In this document: one piece after another, positions 9,985-17,917 of the stretch
How positions within the stretch are numbered: the stretch's first letter is position 1
Layout: each line of letters opens with the position of its first letter
Source of the DNA: Lentisphaerota bacterium
GTDB taxonomy: Bacteria > Verrucomicrobiota > Kiritimatiellia > RFP12 > UBA3636
NCBI GenBank assembly: GCA_012514445.1
Contig: JAAZAI010000037.1
Location: 1 to 27,936, forward strand
DNA length: 27,936 nucleotides
Direction of reading: 5' to 3'
Notes under the pieces: generated by a model
What the model was told of the DNA's origin: nothing
The model's input: the letters and a program-made list of their open reading frames with translations, nothing else
Database searches by the model: none
Program-made: the position numbers and the translations under genes

Positions 9985-10119
9985 GTGTTGCACCTTTTAT
10001 CGTTTGTAACGGCGCCGTTTCTGGCAACCGTCGCGGTGAATCCGCTTTGCCGGCGTCACCCGGCTTTCGCTTCGGAGCGCCTGCCATGCCCCGAAAGGAG
10101 TCCGGATGGCGCTCGTGAA
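9985..10119 (-). promoter_or_regulatory. Structured rpsB 5' leader (candidate S2 autoregulatory element)
   Basis: About 135-nt leader with stems GAGCGCC/GGCGCTC, GC-GAAA-GC and GGTGA/TCACC. rpsB leaders are known S2-regulated elements in E. coli. Confidence 0.45.
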
Positions 10120-10125
10120 CCGATA

Positions 10126-10154
10126 AAAATACCAAAGTCGCGCGGGCGATGCAA
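10126..10154 (-). promoter_or_regulatory. sigma70-type promoter of rpsB-tsf
   Basis: TTGCAT-N17-TATTTT with extended -10 TG. Confidence 0.5.
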
Positions 10155-10168
10155 GCGGAAAACGGCGA

Positions 10169-10198
10169 TTGACTCGCAGGCGCCCTCTGGGGTATAGT
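10169..10198 (+). promoter_or_regulatory. sigma70-type promoter of rpoZ-smpB-ribF
   Basis: TTGACT-N18-TATAGT, back to back with the rpsB promoter. Confidence 0.7.
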
Positions 10199-10248
10199 TT
10201 TCATTCATCTCAGCAACCCAAGCAGCCAGCACTCCAAGGTATCCCGAC

Positions 10249-10476
10249 ATGAATATTGCACTTCTCGAACAAGCCAAAGCCCGCGTCCCGAGCGTCCCGG
10301 TCCTCGTGAACATGGTCTCGATGCGCTTCCGCCAGCTCAACGAGGGGATGCGCCCGCTGGTCAAGCCCTTCCCGGAGGAGGACCGCCTCGATCTCGTCCT
10401 GCGCGAGATCGCCGAGGGCAAGCTCCAGTCCGAATACGATTTCGACGCGTTCGCCCGCGACAAGAAAGGCAACTAG
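10249..10476 (+). CDS. rpoZ: RNA polymerase omega subunit (PVC-type)
   Basis: LVNMVSMRFRQLNEGMRPLV..LDLVLREIAEGKL fits the omega core (L+..+S.R.RQL..G..PLV..AL.EI..GK). Confidence 0.8.
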   Translation: MNIALLEQAKARVPSVPVLVNMVSMRFRQLNEGMRPLVKPFPEEDRLDLVLREIAEGKLQSEYDFDAFARDKKGN

Positions 10477-10481
10477 CCGCC

Positions 10482-10976
10482 GTGGCCAGGGAGAACGCGC
10501 CGTCGCCGAAGCCCGGGCGCCAGTTCCTGGCACGCAACAGGAAGGCGCTCCACGACTTCGAAGTGCTCGAGAAGCTCGAGGCCGGCATCCAGCTCGTCGG
10601 CACCGAGGTCAAAGTCGTGCGGGACGGCAAGGCCGGCCTCGCCGGCGCCTTCGCCCACATCGACAAGCGCACGAACGAGGCCTTCCTCGACAACGTCACG
10701 ATTCCGCCCTACGACTTCGGCAACCGCTTCAACCACGACGCCCGCCGCACCCGCAAGCTGCTGATGCACCGCCGCGAGATCCTCAAGCTGCGCGCGTTCG
10801 TCGAGCAGAAGGGCCACACGCTCGTCCCTCTCAGCCTCTACATGGTGCACGGCCGGGTCAAGGTCGAGATCGGCGTCTGCAAGGGCAAGGCCGCCCATGA
10901 CAAGCGCGAGACGTTGCTGCGCCGCGAGTCGGATCGCGACGCCGAACGCGCCATCGCCCGGCACTATCGGGGCTGA
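10482..10976 (+). CDS. smpB: SsrA-binding protein
   Basis: NRKALHDFEVLEKLEAGIQLVGTEVK, NHDARRTRKLLMHRREI, CKGKAAHDKRE. Confidence 0.97.
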   Translation: MARENAPSPKPGRQFLARNRKALHDFEVLEKLEAGIQLVGTEVKVVRDGKAGLAGAFAHIDKRTNEAFLDNVTIPPYDFGNRFNHDARRTRKLLMHRREILKLRAFVEQKGHTLVPLSLYMVHGRVKVEIGVCKGKAAHDKRETLLRRESDRDAERAIARHYRG

Positions 10977-10979
10977 GCG

Positions 10980-11924
10980 ATGAACATTCTCGACTCGCCC
11001 TCCGCTCTCGCCGAAATCGCCCCCGGCATCGCCGTGGCGGCCGGCTTCTTCGACGGCGTCCACCTCGGCCACCAGGCGATCCTCGCCGAAACCTGCGCCC
11101 GCGCCCGCGCCGAGGGCTCGCAGGCCTGGGTGCTGACCTTCGAACCGCATCCGCTCGCCGTCCTCGCGCCGGAGCGGTGCCCGCCTCTGCTCACCCGCCT
11201 CGACCTGCGTCTCGAACGGCTCGCCGAGGCCGGCGTCGACGGCTGCCTGCTGCTGCCCTTCACGCCCGCGCTGGCGGCGCTTGCGGCGCCCGACTTCGTG
11301 CACCACGTCTTCGGCGGCTGGATGGACGGCGCCCGGCTCTGCACGGTCGTCTCCGGCGAAAACTGGCGCTTCGGCCGCGGCAAGGCGGGCGGTCTCGCGG
11401 CGATCGCCGCGATCGGCGGCGGCCGCATCCGGACGGTCCAGACCCCCATGGTCGCGCTCGGGGGCGAACGGGTCTGCAGCTCCGCGATCCGTCAGGCGAT
11501 CCTCAACGGCGACCTGCCGAAGGCCACCGCCATGCTGGGCCGGCCGTACGCGATCCGCGAGACGACCGTGGCGGGACGCGGCGTCGGCGGCAAGCTCGGC
11601 TTCGCCACCGCCAACATGCGTCCCGCCGCCGAAGTCCTCCCGCCGGTCGGCGTCTACGCCGTGGCGGCGTCCCGACGCGGCCACCCGGAGCAGGGCTGGA
11701 TGAAGGGGGTGGCCAACCTCGGCTTCTGCCCGACGTTCGATGACGCCGCCCTCATCGCGCCGGTCCTCGAAGTCCATCTCCTCGACTTCGCCGGCGATCT
11801 GCACGGCGAGACGCTCGACGTGCGCTTCCTGAGCCGCCTGCGCGACGAAATCCATTTCGACTCGCCGGAAGCCCTGATCCGTCAGATCCGGCTCGACGTC
11901 GAGGCGGTGCGTTCGCGCCCGTAG
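10980..11924 (+). CDS. ribF: Bifunctional riboflavin kinase/FAD synthetase
   Basis: GFFDGVHLGHQ, LTFEPHP, GENWRFG, CSSAIR, LGRPY, GFATAN, NLGFCPTF, EVHLLDFAGDLHG, LRDEIHF. Confidence 0.95.
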   Translation: MNILDSPSALAEIAPGIAVAAGFFDGVHLGHQAILAETCARARAEGSQAWVLTFEPHPLAVLAPERCPPLLTRLDLRLERLAEAGVDGCLLLPFTPALAALAAPDFVHHVFGGWMDGARLCTVVSGENWRFGRGKAGGLAAIAAIGGGRIRTVQTPMVALGGERVCSSAIRQAILNGDLPKATAMLGRPYAIRETTVAGRGVGGKLGFATANMRPAAEVLPPVGVYAVAASRRGHPEQGWMKGVANLGFCPTFDDAALIAPVLEVHLLDFAGDLHGETLDVRFLSRLRDEIHFDSPEALIRQIRLDVEAVRSRP

Positions 11925-13243
11925 GACAAGGCCAGGTCGATCACGGCGCAGAGCAGCGGCAGCAGCGTGAAGACGAACATGATCGCCAGCACGCCGCCGA
12001 GATGCCACGTGCCGTAGCCGGACCATTGCGGATACCGGTAGGCGAGGCGGATGAGCAGCGCTTCGAACAGGGCGATCGGCACGGTGTACCAGGCATACCG
12101 GAAGCGCCGGCAGGCGAGTTCGTGCGAGCCGAAGCAGCTCATCGCCATGCGCAGCCCCGCCGTCAGCGCCAGGATGCCGAAGTATTTCGTGTAGACGACG
12201 TAGGGCTTCCAGACGGCCGCGAAGCCGAAGGGGCGTCGGCCGAAGACCGTCGCGTCCGCCAGCGAAAAGAGCGGCTTGCCGATCCAGGTCAGCGCGAGCG
12301 CCGACACGATTCCGACGCCGATGCAGACCGCCATCGTCTGGACGAGCGTCCGGCGTGTCTTCTCGCCCTTTTCGTGGCGCTCGGCGACAAGCGGGAACAT
12401 CACGAAGATCATCGGCGAGAGGAAGTACGTGGTGATCTCCGAGAAGATCGACAGATGGTAGAAGGCCGCGGACTCGATCGCCGGCAGGCTGGGCAGCAGC
12501 AGCATCTCCATCGTTCCCCGGATGTTCCCCGCGACGGTCATGATGCCCAGCGGCACGAGATACGCCAGGAAGACCTTCCGATCCTCCTTCCAGTACGATT
12601 CGCAGCGGACTTTGCGGCCAAACGTGCGGATCAGGTCGATCGCCGAAAGGCCGATCGTCAGCAGAGGGCCCGTGCTCTGGCCGGCGAAATAGCCGGTGAG
12701 GCCGCGGATGGGCATCGCGACGAGCAGCGCGGCCAGGCGCAGCGGCGCGGAGAACAGGCCGATGGTCGAGTAGCTGCGGAACCGCTTCAGCGCGCGCATC
12801 GCCTCCGTGAAAATCGGCGTGACGGCGCCCAGAATGCTCGTGACGACGATCACTAGGGCGAGGCGTCCGTTCGTGATGCGCATGAGCGAGAAGGCCGACG
12901 GCATCACGAAGCGCGCCGCGACGAGCGTCAGCGGCGAAACGACGGCCGCGAAAATCGCAGCGTCGCGCAGCAGCGCCTTCACCTTGCCGTGCTCCCCGCG
13001 GGCCGCATGGGTGTTGAGCAGCTTGATGTACGGCGTGACCAGCAGCCCGATCGGCATGCCGAGGAGCGCGCCGATCTGCATGAGCGGCCGCAGCGAGCCC
13101 AGCTCCTCCATGGGCACGTAACGCGGCACCAGCCACACGCCGATGAAGGCGTTGATCACATCGCCGAAGCGCTGGACCAGGAAGATCATCAGCGTGTACC
13201 ACCAGAGGGGGCCGAGCTTCGTGCGGAGATCGCGGAGTTTCAT
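11882..13243 (-). CDS. MOP-superfamily oligosaccharide flippase-like membrane protein
   Basis: 453 aa, about 12 hydrophobic segments, Wzx-like layout (EELGSLRPLM, ESAAFYHLS, MFPLVAERHEKG). Convergent 43-nt overlap with ribF. Confidence 0.6.
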   Translation of the reverse strand: MKLRDLRTKLGPLWWYTLMIFLVQRFGDVINAFIGVWLVPRYVPMEELGSLRPLMQIGALLGMPIGLLVTPYIKLLNTHAARGEHGKVKALLRDAAIFAAVVSPLTLVAARFVMPSAFSLMRITNGRLALVIVVTSILGAVTPIFTEAMRALKRFRSYSTIGLFSAPLRLAALLVAMPIRGLTGYFAGQSTGPLLTIGLSAIDLIRTFGRKVRCESYWKEDRKVFLAYLVPLGIMTVAGNIRGTMEMLLLPSLPAIESAAFYHLSIFSEITTYFLSPMIFVMFPLVAERHEKGEKTRRTLVQTMAVCIGVGIVSALALTWIGKPLFSLADATVFGRRPFGFAAVWKPYVVYTKYFGILALTAGLRMAMSCFGSHELACRRFRYAWYTVPIALFEALLIRLAYRYPQWSGYGTWHLGGVLAIMFVFTLLPLLCAVIDLALSYGRERTASTSSRI

Positions 13244-13248
13244 GGAGG

Positions 13249-13438
13249 GAAATTTGAAATTAGAAACTTGAAATTTGGGCTTTGGGAACTTTGTCGCAAA
13301 CTTTGTCGCAAACTTTGTCGAAACTTGAAACTGGGGTGTGCGGGGTTCGGGGTGCGTGGGTGCGCGGATTACGATTACGATTACGATTACGATTAGGACT
13401 AGCGACTAGCGGCTAGCGGCTAGTGACTAGCGACTCGC
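13249..13438. repeat. Mosaic of five consecutive short tandem repeat blocks
   Basis: GAAA(T/C)T(T/A) x4 (13249-13276), AACTTTGTCGCA x3 (13287-13321), G-run block (13333-13360), GATTAC x4 plus GATTAG (13367-13396), GACTAGC-like x6 (13397-13438). Confidence 0.95.
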
Positions 13439-14712
13439 GACGCGGTGAGGGGGAGGTCGGGGTCGCGCGCGCCCATGGTGACGATCACGTCGCCGGGCGC
13501 GGCCATCGCCTGCAGGCGCCGGATTAGCGACGGGTGGTCCGGGAGCAGTTCGCAGGCGGCGCCGGCCGCCAGCAGGGCGTCCCGCAGCGCGTCCGAATGG
13601 ATCGTGCGCGCCGCCGTTCCGCCGGCGTCGAACACGGGCAGCAGGAACAGGACGTCGCCCGGGCGCAGCGTCTGCGCGAACATCGCGACGAGCTCGTCGA
13701 ACATCTTCGCGAGCGGACCGTACCCATGCGGCCGCCAGACCGCCAGCGTTCGCGTCGACCGCGCCTGGAGCGTGCGGAGCGCCGCCCGGATCTTCTCCGT
13801 GTTGTGGGCGTACTCGTCGACGACGCGCACGCCGTCGGCGCGCGTCCCGACGAGTTCCATCCGGCGCTTGATCCCGCGGAACGAGGCGAGCGCCCGCGCC
13901 GAGACGTCCGCCGGAACCCCGAGGATCTCCGCCATGCGCGCCGCCTGCCAGGCGTTGACGGCGTTGTGGCGGCCGGGCTGCGGCAGGGTCACGACCCTGC
14001 CGCGGAAATCGAAAGTGCAGCCCCAGTCGAGTTCCCGGGTCTCTGGGACGGGCTCGTCGTCGCGGCGCCCGTCGAGGCACGCGCCGGAGGCCTGCGCGAG
14101 AAACGCGTCGAAGAGCGCATGGGACGCCTCGAGGGTGAAGTGGTCCGCCGAGCAGTTCGAGACGAGGGCGTGCGCGGGGTGGAAGTTGAGCAGGGAGCGA
14201 TCGCTTTCGTCCGCCTCGATCACGCAGAGATCCCCGACGCCCCGCAGCACCGCGCCGGTGCGGGTTTCGGAGCACCAGTTGACGCACGCCGCGCCGTTGA
14301 CGACGGCGGGCTCGAGGCCGGCGACGTCGAGGATGTGCCCGAGCATCGCGGTGATCGTGGATTTGCCGCAGGTTCCCGTGACGGCGACGAGCGTGCGCCC
14401 GGCGAGGGCGGCGGCGAGGGCCTGCGAGCGGTGGAGCACGGGGACGCCGCGCGCGGCCGCCGCGGCGAGATCCGGGTTGTCCGGTTCGATCGCCGAGCTG
14501 GCGACGACGGCCGTCAAGCCGTCCGTGACGCCGGAGCCGTCCTGCGGATGGATCCGCGCGCCCTGGCGGCGCAGGACGTCGAGCACGGGCAGCGCGCGAC
14601 CCTGGTCGAGGAAGCGTTCGGACCCCGACACGGCGGCGCCCGTGTCGAGCAGGGCTTCCGCGAGCGCGGACATCCCGACGCCGCCGATGCCGATGAGGTG
14701 GTAGCTTTTCAT
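13420..14712 (-). CDS. Stand-alone MurC/Mpl-like Mur ligase, 430 aa
   Basis: HLIGIGGVGMSALA, SSAIEPDNP, VTGTCGKSTIT, IEADESDRS, PGRHNAVNA, FRGIKRRME, DEYAHN, TMGA. Confidence 0.8.
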   Translation of the reverse strand: MKSYHLIGIGGVGMSALAEALLDTGAAVSGSERFLDQGRALPVLDVLRRQGARIHPQDGSGVTDGLTAVVASSAIEPDNPDLAAAAARGVPVLHRSQALAAALAGRTLVAVTGTCGKSTITAMLGHILDVAGLEPAVVNGAACVNWCSETRTGAVLRGVGDLCVIEADESDRSLLNFHPAHALVSNCSADHFTLEASHALFDAFLAQASGACLDGRRDDEPVPETRELDWGCTFDFRGRVVTLPQPGRHNAVNAWQAARMAEILGVPADVSARALASFRGIKRRMELVGTRADGVRVVDEYAHNTEKIRAALRTLQARSTRTLAVWRPHGYGPLAKMFDELVAMFAQTLRPGDVLFLLPVFDAGGTAARTIHSDALRDALLAAGAACELLPDHPSLIRRLQAMAAPGDVIVTMGARDPDLPLTASRVASH

Positions 14713-14722
14713 GTCAAGCGGC

Positions 14723-14728
14723 ATTATA
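14723..14728 (-). promoter_or_regulatory. Perfect -10 box just upstream of the Mur ligase start
   Basis: TATAAT ends 10 nt before the ATG at 14712, no SD, ATGAAA at 17-nt spacing as a weak -35. Confidence 0.4.
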
Positions 14729-14834
14729 TCGCATCGTTCCATGCATTTCATCTCCAAAGACGCGTTGAAGCTTCCTTTCTGCCCGCGAAACGAGTACAAT
14801 CGACCCGAAAATCACAAAGACCGCGAGGAAGCGA

Positions 14835-15611
14835 ATGTCGGGAACGATCATCATCAAGACAGCGGAAGAGCTTGACATCATGCGCCAGGCGGGCCGGAAG
14901 GCCGCCGAGGTGCTGCGCATCGTGTGCGCGGCCGTGAAGCCCGGCGTGACCACGAAGGAACTCGACGACCTCGCCCGCGACACGATGGCGGCGCTCGGGG
15001 TGAAGAGCGCGTTCCTCGGCTACATGGGCTATCCGGCGCAGACTTGCATTTCCGTCAACGAAACCGTCATCCACGGCATCCCCGGCGACCGGAAGATCCA
15101 GGACGGCGACATCGTGAGCGTCGACGTGGGGGTGTGGCACGACGGCTTCGTCGGTGACAACGCGAAGACAGTCGCCGTCAACGTGGCGGATCCCGCGGTG
15201 CTGGGGCTTCTGGCGAACACGGAACGGGCGCTGATGGAGGCCGTCGCCGCGGCGAAGTCCGGCGCGAGGCTCGGCGACGTGTCGCACGCCGTCGAGCGGG
15301 TGGCGAACGCCAGCGGCATCTCGGTGGTTCGCGAATTCGTGGGCCACGGGTGCGGCCGCAGCATGCACGAGGAGCCGCAGATCCCGAACTACGGCTCGTC
15401 GGGACGCGGGCCGCTGCTCAAGCCCGGCATGGTGCTGTGCATCGAGCCGATGCTGAATCTGGGCTCGCGCCGCGTCCGCACGCTGAACGACGGCTGGACC
15501 GTCGTGACGTGCGATGGCAAACCGTCCGCGCATTTCGAACACATGATCGCGATCACCCCGGTCGGCGCCGAGATCTTGACGCCGCGCGAGCCGTCAGGCC
15601 CCGGGGCCTAG
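14835..15611 (+). CDS. map: Methionine aminopeptidase type I
   Basis: CISVNETVIHGIP, VDVG..DGFVGD, GHGCG, HEEP, IEPM, SAHFEH metal ligands. Confidence 0.96.
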   Translation: MSGTIIIKTAEELDIMRQAGRKAAEVLRIVCAAVKPGVTTKELDDLARDTMAALGVKSAFLGYMGYPAQTCISVNETVIHGIPGDRKIQDGDIVSVDVGVWHDGFVGDNAKTVAVNVADPAVLGLLANTERALMEAVAAAKSGARLGDVSHAVERVANASGISVVREFVGHGCGRSMHEEPQIPNYGSSGRGPLLKPGMVLCIEPMLNLGSRRVRTLNDGWTVVTCDGKPSAHFEHMIAITPVGAEILTPREPSGPGA

Positions 15612-15624
15612 CAGGAGGATGGAC

Positions 15625-16686
15625 ATGAAGAGGCGTTTTTACGTGGGATCGAACTGCGGCGACGCGAAGGCGGGGCTGCGGGTCTTCGAGATCAATTCCG
15701 ACACGGGCATGATCCGGCAGCTCGGCCAGGTCGACGACGCGGTGAATCCGATCTTTCTCGCCGCTTCGGCGAACGGCAAGTTCCTCTATGCCGCGCAGCA
15801 GGTGGCGCCCGGCGCGGAGGGCTGGACGGGAGGCGTCGCGGTCTACGCGGTCAAGGGCGTCAATCTCGAGAAGCTCGCGGAATACCCCTGCGCGCCGACC
15901 GTGCCCTGCCATCTGTCGCTTTCGCACAGCGGGCGGCAGCTCGTCTGGGCCGAGTACCGGAACGCCTGGACCGGCGTTTTCGCGGTCGGGCGCGACGGGC
16001 TGCTGGGAGGGCCGCAGGCGCGGATCCAGCACCAGGGGCATGGGCCGAATCCGGCCCGGCAGGAGGCGGCGCACTGCCACTGCGCGGTGACGACGCCGGG
16101 CGACGGCTGCATCTGCGTCTGCGATCTGGGCCTCGACCAGGTGGTCGTCTACGATGCCGAGGTGAAGGACGGCGCGCTGCATCGTGTCGAGGGCGCGGGC
16201 TTCCAGTCGGTGCCGGGCGCGGGGCCGCGCCACCTCGTCTTCCATCCCGCCGCGGATCTCGCGTTTCTCGTCACGGAGCTCGACAGCACGGTCGTCTCCC
16301 TGCGCCATCGCGGCGGCGGCGCGCTCGAGGCGATCGGGACGTACACGATGCTGCCGGGGGGGTACGCCGGCGAGACGAAGGCGGCGGCGATCAAGATTTC
16401 TCCGGACGGCCGCTGGGTGCTGGCCTCCAACCGCGGGCACGACAGCGTGGCGGCGTATTCGCTCGACGCGGCGACGGGCCGGCTCGAGCTCAAGGCGATC
16501 AGCAAGCTGGGCGGCGTCTTCCCGCGGGACTTCGAATTCACGCCGGACGGCAAGTTCATCGTGGTCGGCCACAAGCTCTCGAACGAAGTCGCCGTGTACG
16601 CCTTCGACGGCGCGGCGGGCGAGTTGAAGCAGACGGCCAACACGATTCCGATGATCAAGCCTCTCTGTTTCGTATTCGCGCGGTAG
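15625..16686 (+). CDS. pgl: Lactonase family beta-propeller (6-phosphogluconolactonase-like)
   Basis: NPIFLA, PCHLSLS, AHCH, DLGLDQV, GAGPRHLVFHP, LASNRGHDSVA, FPRDFEFTPDG. Start set at 15625 by GGAGG spacing. Confidence 0.8.
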   Translation: MKRRFYVGSNCGDAKAGLRVFEINSDTGMIRQLGQVDDAVNPIFLAASANGKFLYAAQQVAPGAEGWTGGVAVYAVKGVNLEKLAEYPCAPTVPCHLSLSHSGRQLVWAEYRNAWTGVFAVGRDGLLGGPQARIQHQGHGPNPARQEAAHCHCAVTTPGDGCICVCDLGLDQVVVYDAEVKDGALHRVEGAGFQSVPGAGPRHLVFHPAADLAFLVTELDSTVVSLRHRGGGALEAIGTYTMLPGGYAGETKAAAIKISPDGRWVLASNRGHDSVAAYSLDAATGRLELKAISKLGGVFPRDFEFTPDGKFIVVGHKLSNEVAVYAFDGAAGELKQTANTIPMIKPLCFVFAR

Positions 16687-16711
16687 CGCTCCCCATTCGA
16701 AAGGGCAGACC

Positions 16712-17851
16712 ATGAACGCTTTTGAAATCGATTCCGCCATTCCGGCGGGCAACATCGTCGTCGACCGCATCGAGGGCGACGACGTCCACCTGCACCAGGA
16801 CCTCCGCGACACGCAGGGATTCTGGTTCTACTGGTGCTTCAGAGTCCGCGGGGCCCAAGGGCGCCGACTCACGTTCCATTTCACGAACGGCAGCCCCGTG
16901 GGCGTGCGCGGCGCCGCCGTCTCCCTCGACGCCGGCGTCACCTGGAAATGGCAGGGTGCGGACGCCGCCACCGACAAGTCCTTCGTGTTCGTCTTCGGCC
17001 CCGAGGACCGGGACGTGCGCTTCTCCATGGGCATGCCCTACACGCAGGCCAACTGGGGGCGATTCCTCGTCTCGGTCGGCCCTCATCCGCTCCTGCGTCC
17101 GATGACCTTGTGCCGAAGTCGCAAGGGCCGGGTGGTCGAGATGGCCTACCTCGGCAAGCCGAGCGGCAAGGTGGCCGTGCGCGCGGCCGTCGCCTGCCGC
17201 CACCACTGCTGCGAGATGATGGCCAACGACGTTCTGGAGGGGCTCATCGAGGCGACGCTCTTCGATCCCGCCTGCCATTGGATGCGCGAAAACGCGGGGC
17301 TCATGGTGTTTCCATTCGTGGACAAGGACGGCGTCGAGGACGGTGACCAAGGCAAGAACCGGACCCCGCGCGACCATGGGCGCGACTACAACGACCCGCA
17401 GATCCACCCGGAGACCGCGGCCATCCGCGCGCTCCTGCCGATGTGGGGCGGGGGGCTCCTGCGCGCCGCGATCGATCTGCATTGCCCGTACATCCGAGGC
17501 GAATGGAACGAGCACATCTACCAAGTGGGCGCCGAATCGCCGGCCGCATGGTCCGAGCAGCGGCGCTTTGGCGCGATGCTGGCCGCCTGCCGGCGCGGTC
17601 CTCTGCCCTATGATCCGGCCAAGGACCTAGCCAGCGGCCAAGCTTGGAACACGGGCGCGAACTACCAGGGCGGCATCGGCTTCCGCCGTTGGGCGGGGGG
17701 CATCACCGGGATTCGCCTGGCGACCGGCTTCGAAATCCCCTACGCGAACGCGGCGGGAGTCGAAGTCAACGCCGAAACCGCGCGCGCCTTCGGTCGCGAC
17801 CTCGCCGAGGCGCTCGGACAGCATCTCAAGGAGTCTGTTGATCCGACGTGA
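16712..17851 (+). CDS. M14 zinc carboxypeptidase-like protein with N-terminal beta domain
   Basis: N-terminus (GNIVV..DLRD..WFYWCFRV) typical of cytosolic carboxypeptidase N domains. Zn ligands in RHHCCE (HxxE) and IDLHCP, plus GKNR. Confidence 0.75.
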   Translation: MNAFEIDSAIPAGNIVVDRIEGDDVHLHQDLRDTQGFWFYWCFRVRGAQGRRLTFHFTNGSPVGVRGAAVSLDAGVTWKWQGADAATDKSFVFVFGPEDRDVRFSMGMPYTQANWGRFLVSVGPHPLLRPMTLCRSRKGRVVEMAYLGKPSGKVAVRAAVACRHHCCEMMANDVLEGLIEATLFDPACHWMRENAGLMVFPFVDKDGVEDGDQGKNRTPRDHGRDYNDPQIHPETAAIRALLPMWGGGLLRAAIDLHCPYIRGEWNEHIYQVGAESPAAWSEQRRFGAMLAACRRGPLPYDPAKDLASGQAWNTGANYQGGIGFRRWAGGITGIRLATGFEIPYANAAGVEVNAETARAFGRDLAEALGQHLKESVDPT

Positions 17852-17855
17852 AAGT

Positions 17856-17872
17856 TTGGCATCTAAAATGCT
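17856..17872 (+). promoter_or_regulatory. sigma54-like -24/-12 promoter
   Basis: TTGGCATCTAAAATGCT: GG (17858-9) and GC (17870-1) with exact 10-nt spacing, directly after the M14 stop and 46 nt before the next ATG. Confidence 0.5.
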
Positions 17873-17917
17873 AAACTCAGCCATCGGGTATTCAGAATGT
17901 CATCAGGGAGGAGGGCG

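Noticed and set aside
10030-10075. c-di-GMP-I-like words (GAAA, GACGC, GCAAAGC) in the rpsB leader
   Set aside because: Order and spacing do not fit the aptamer, and the rpsB context favours an r-protein leader.
12989-13396. ORF ending in DYDYDYD
   Set aside because: The peptide repeat is just the translation of the GATTAC microsatellite, and the ORF is antisense to the flippase.
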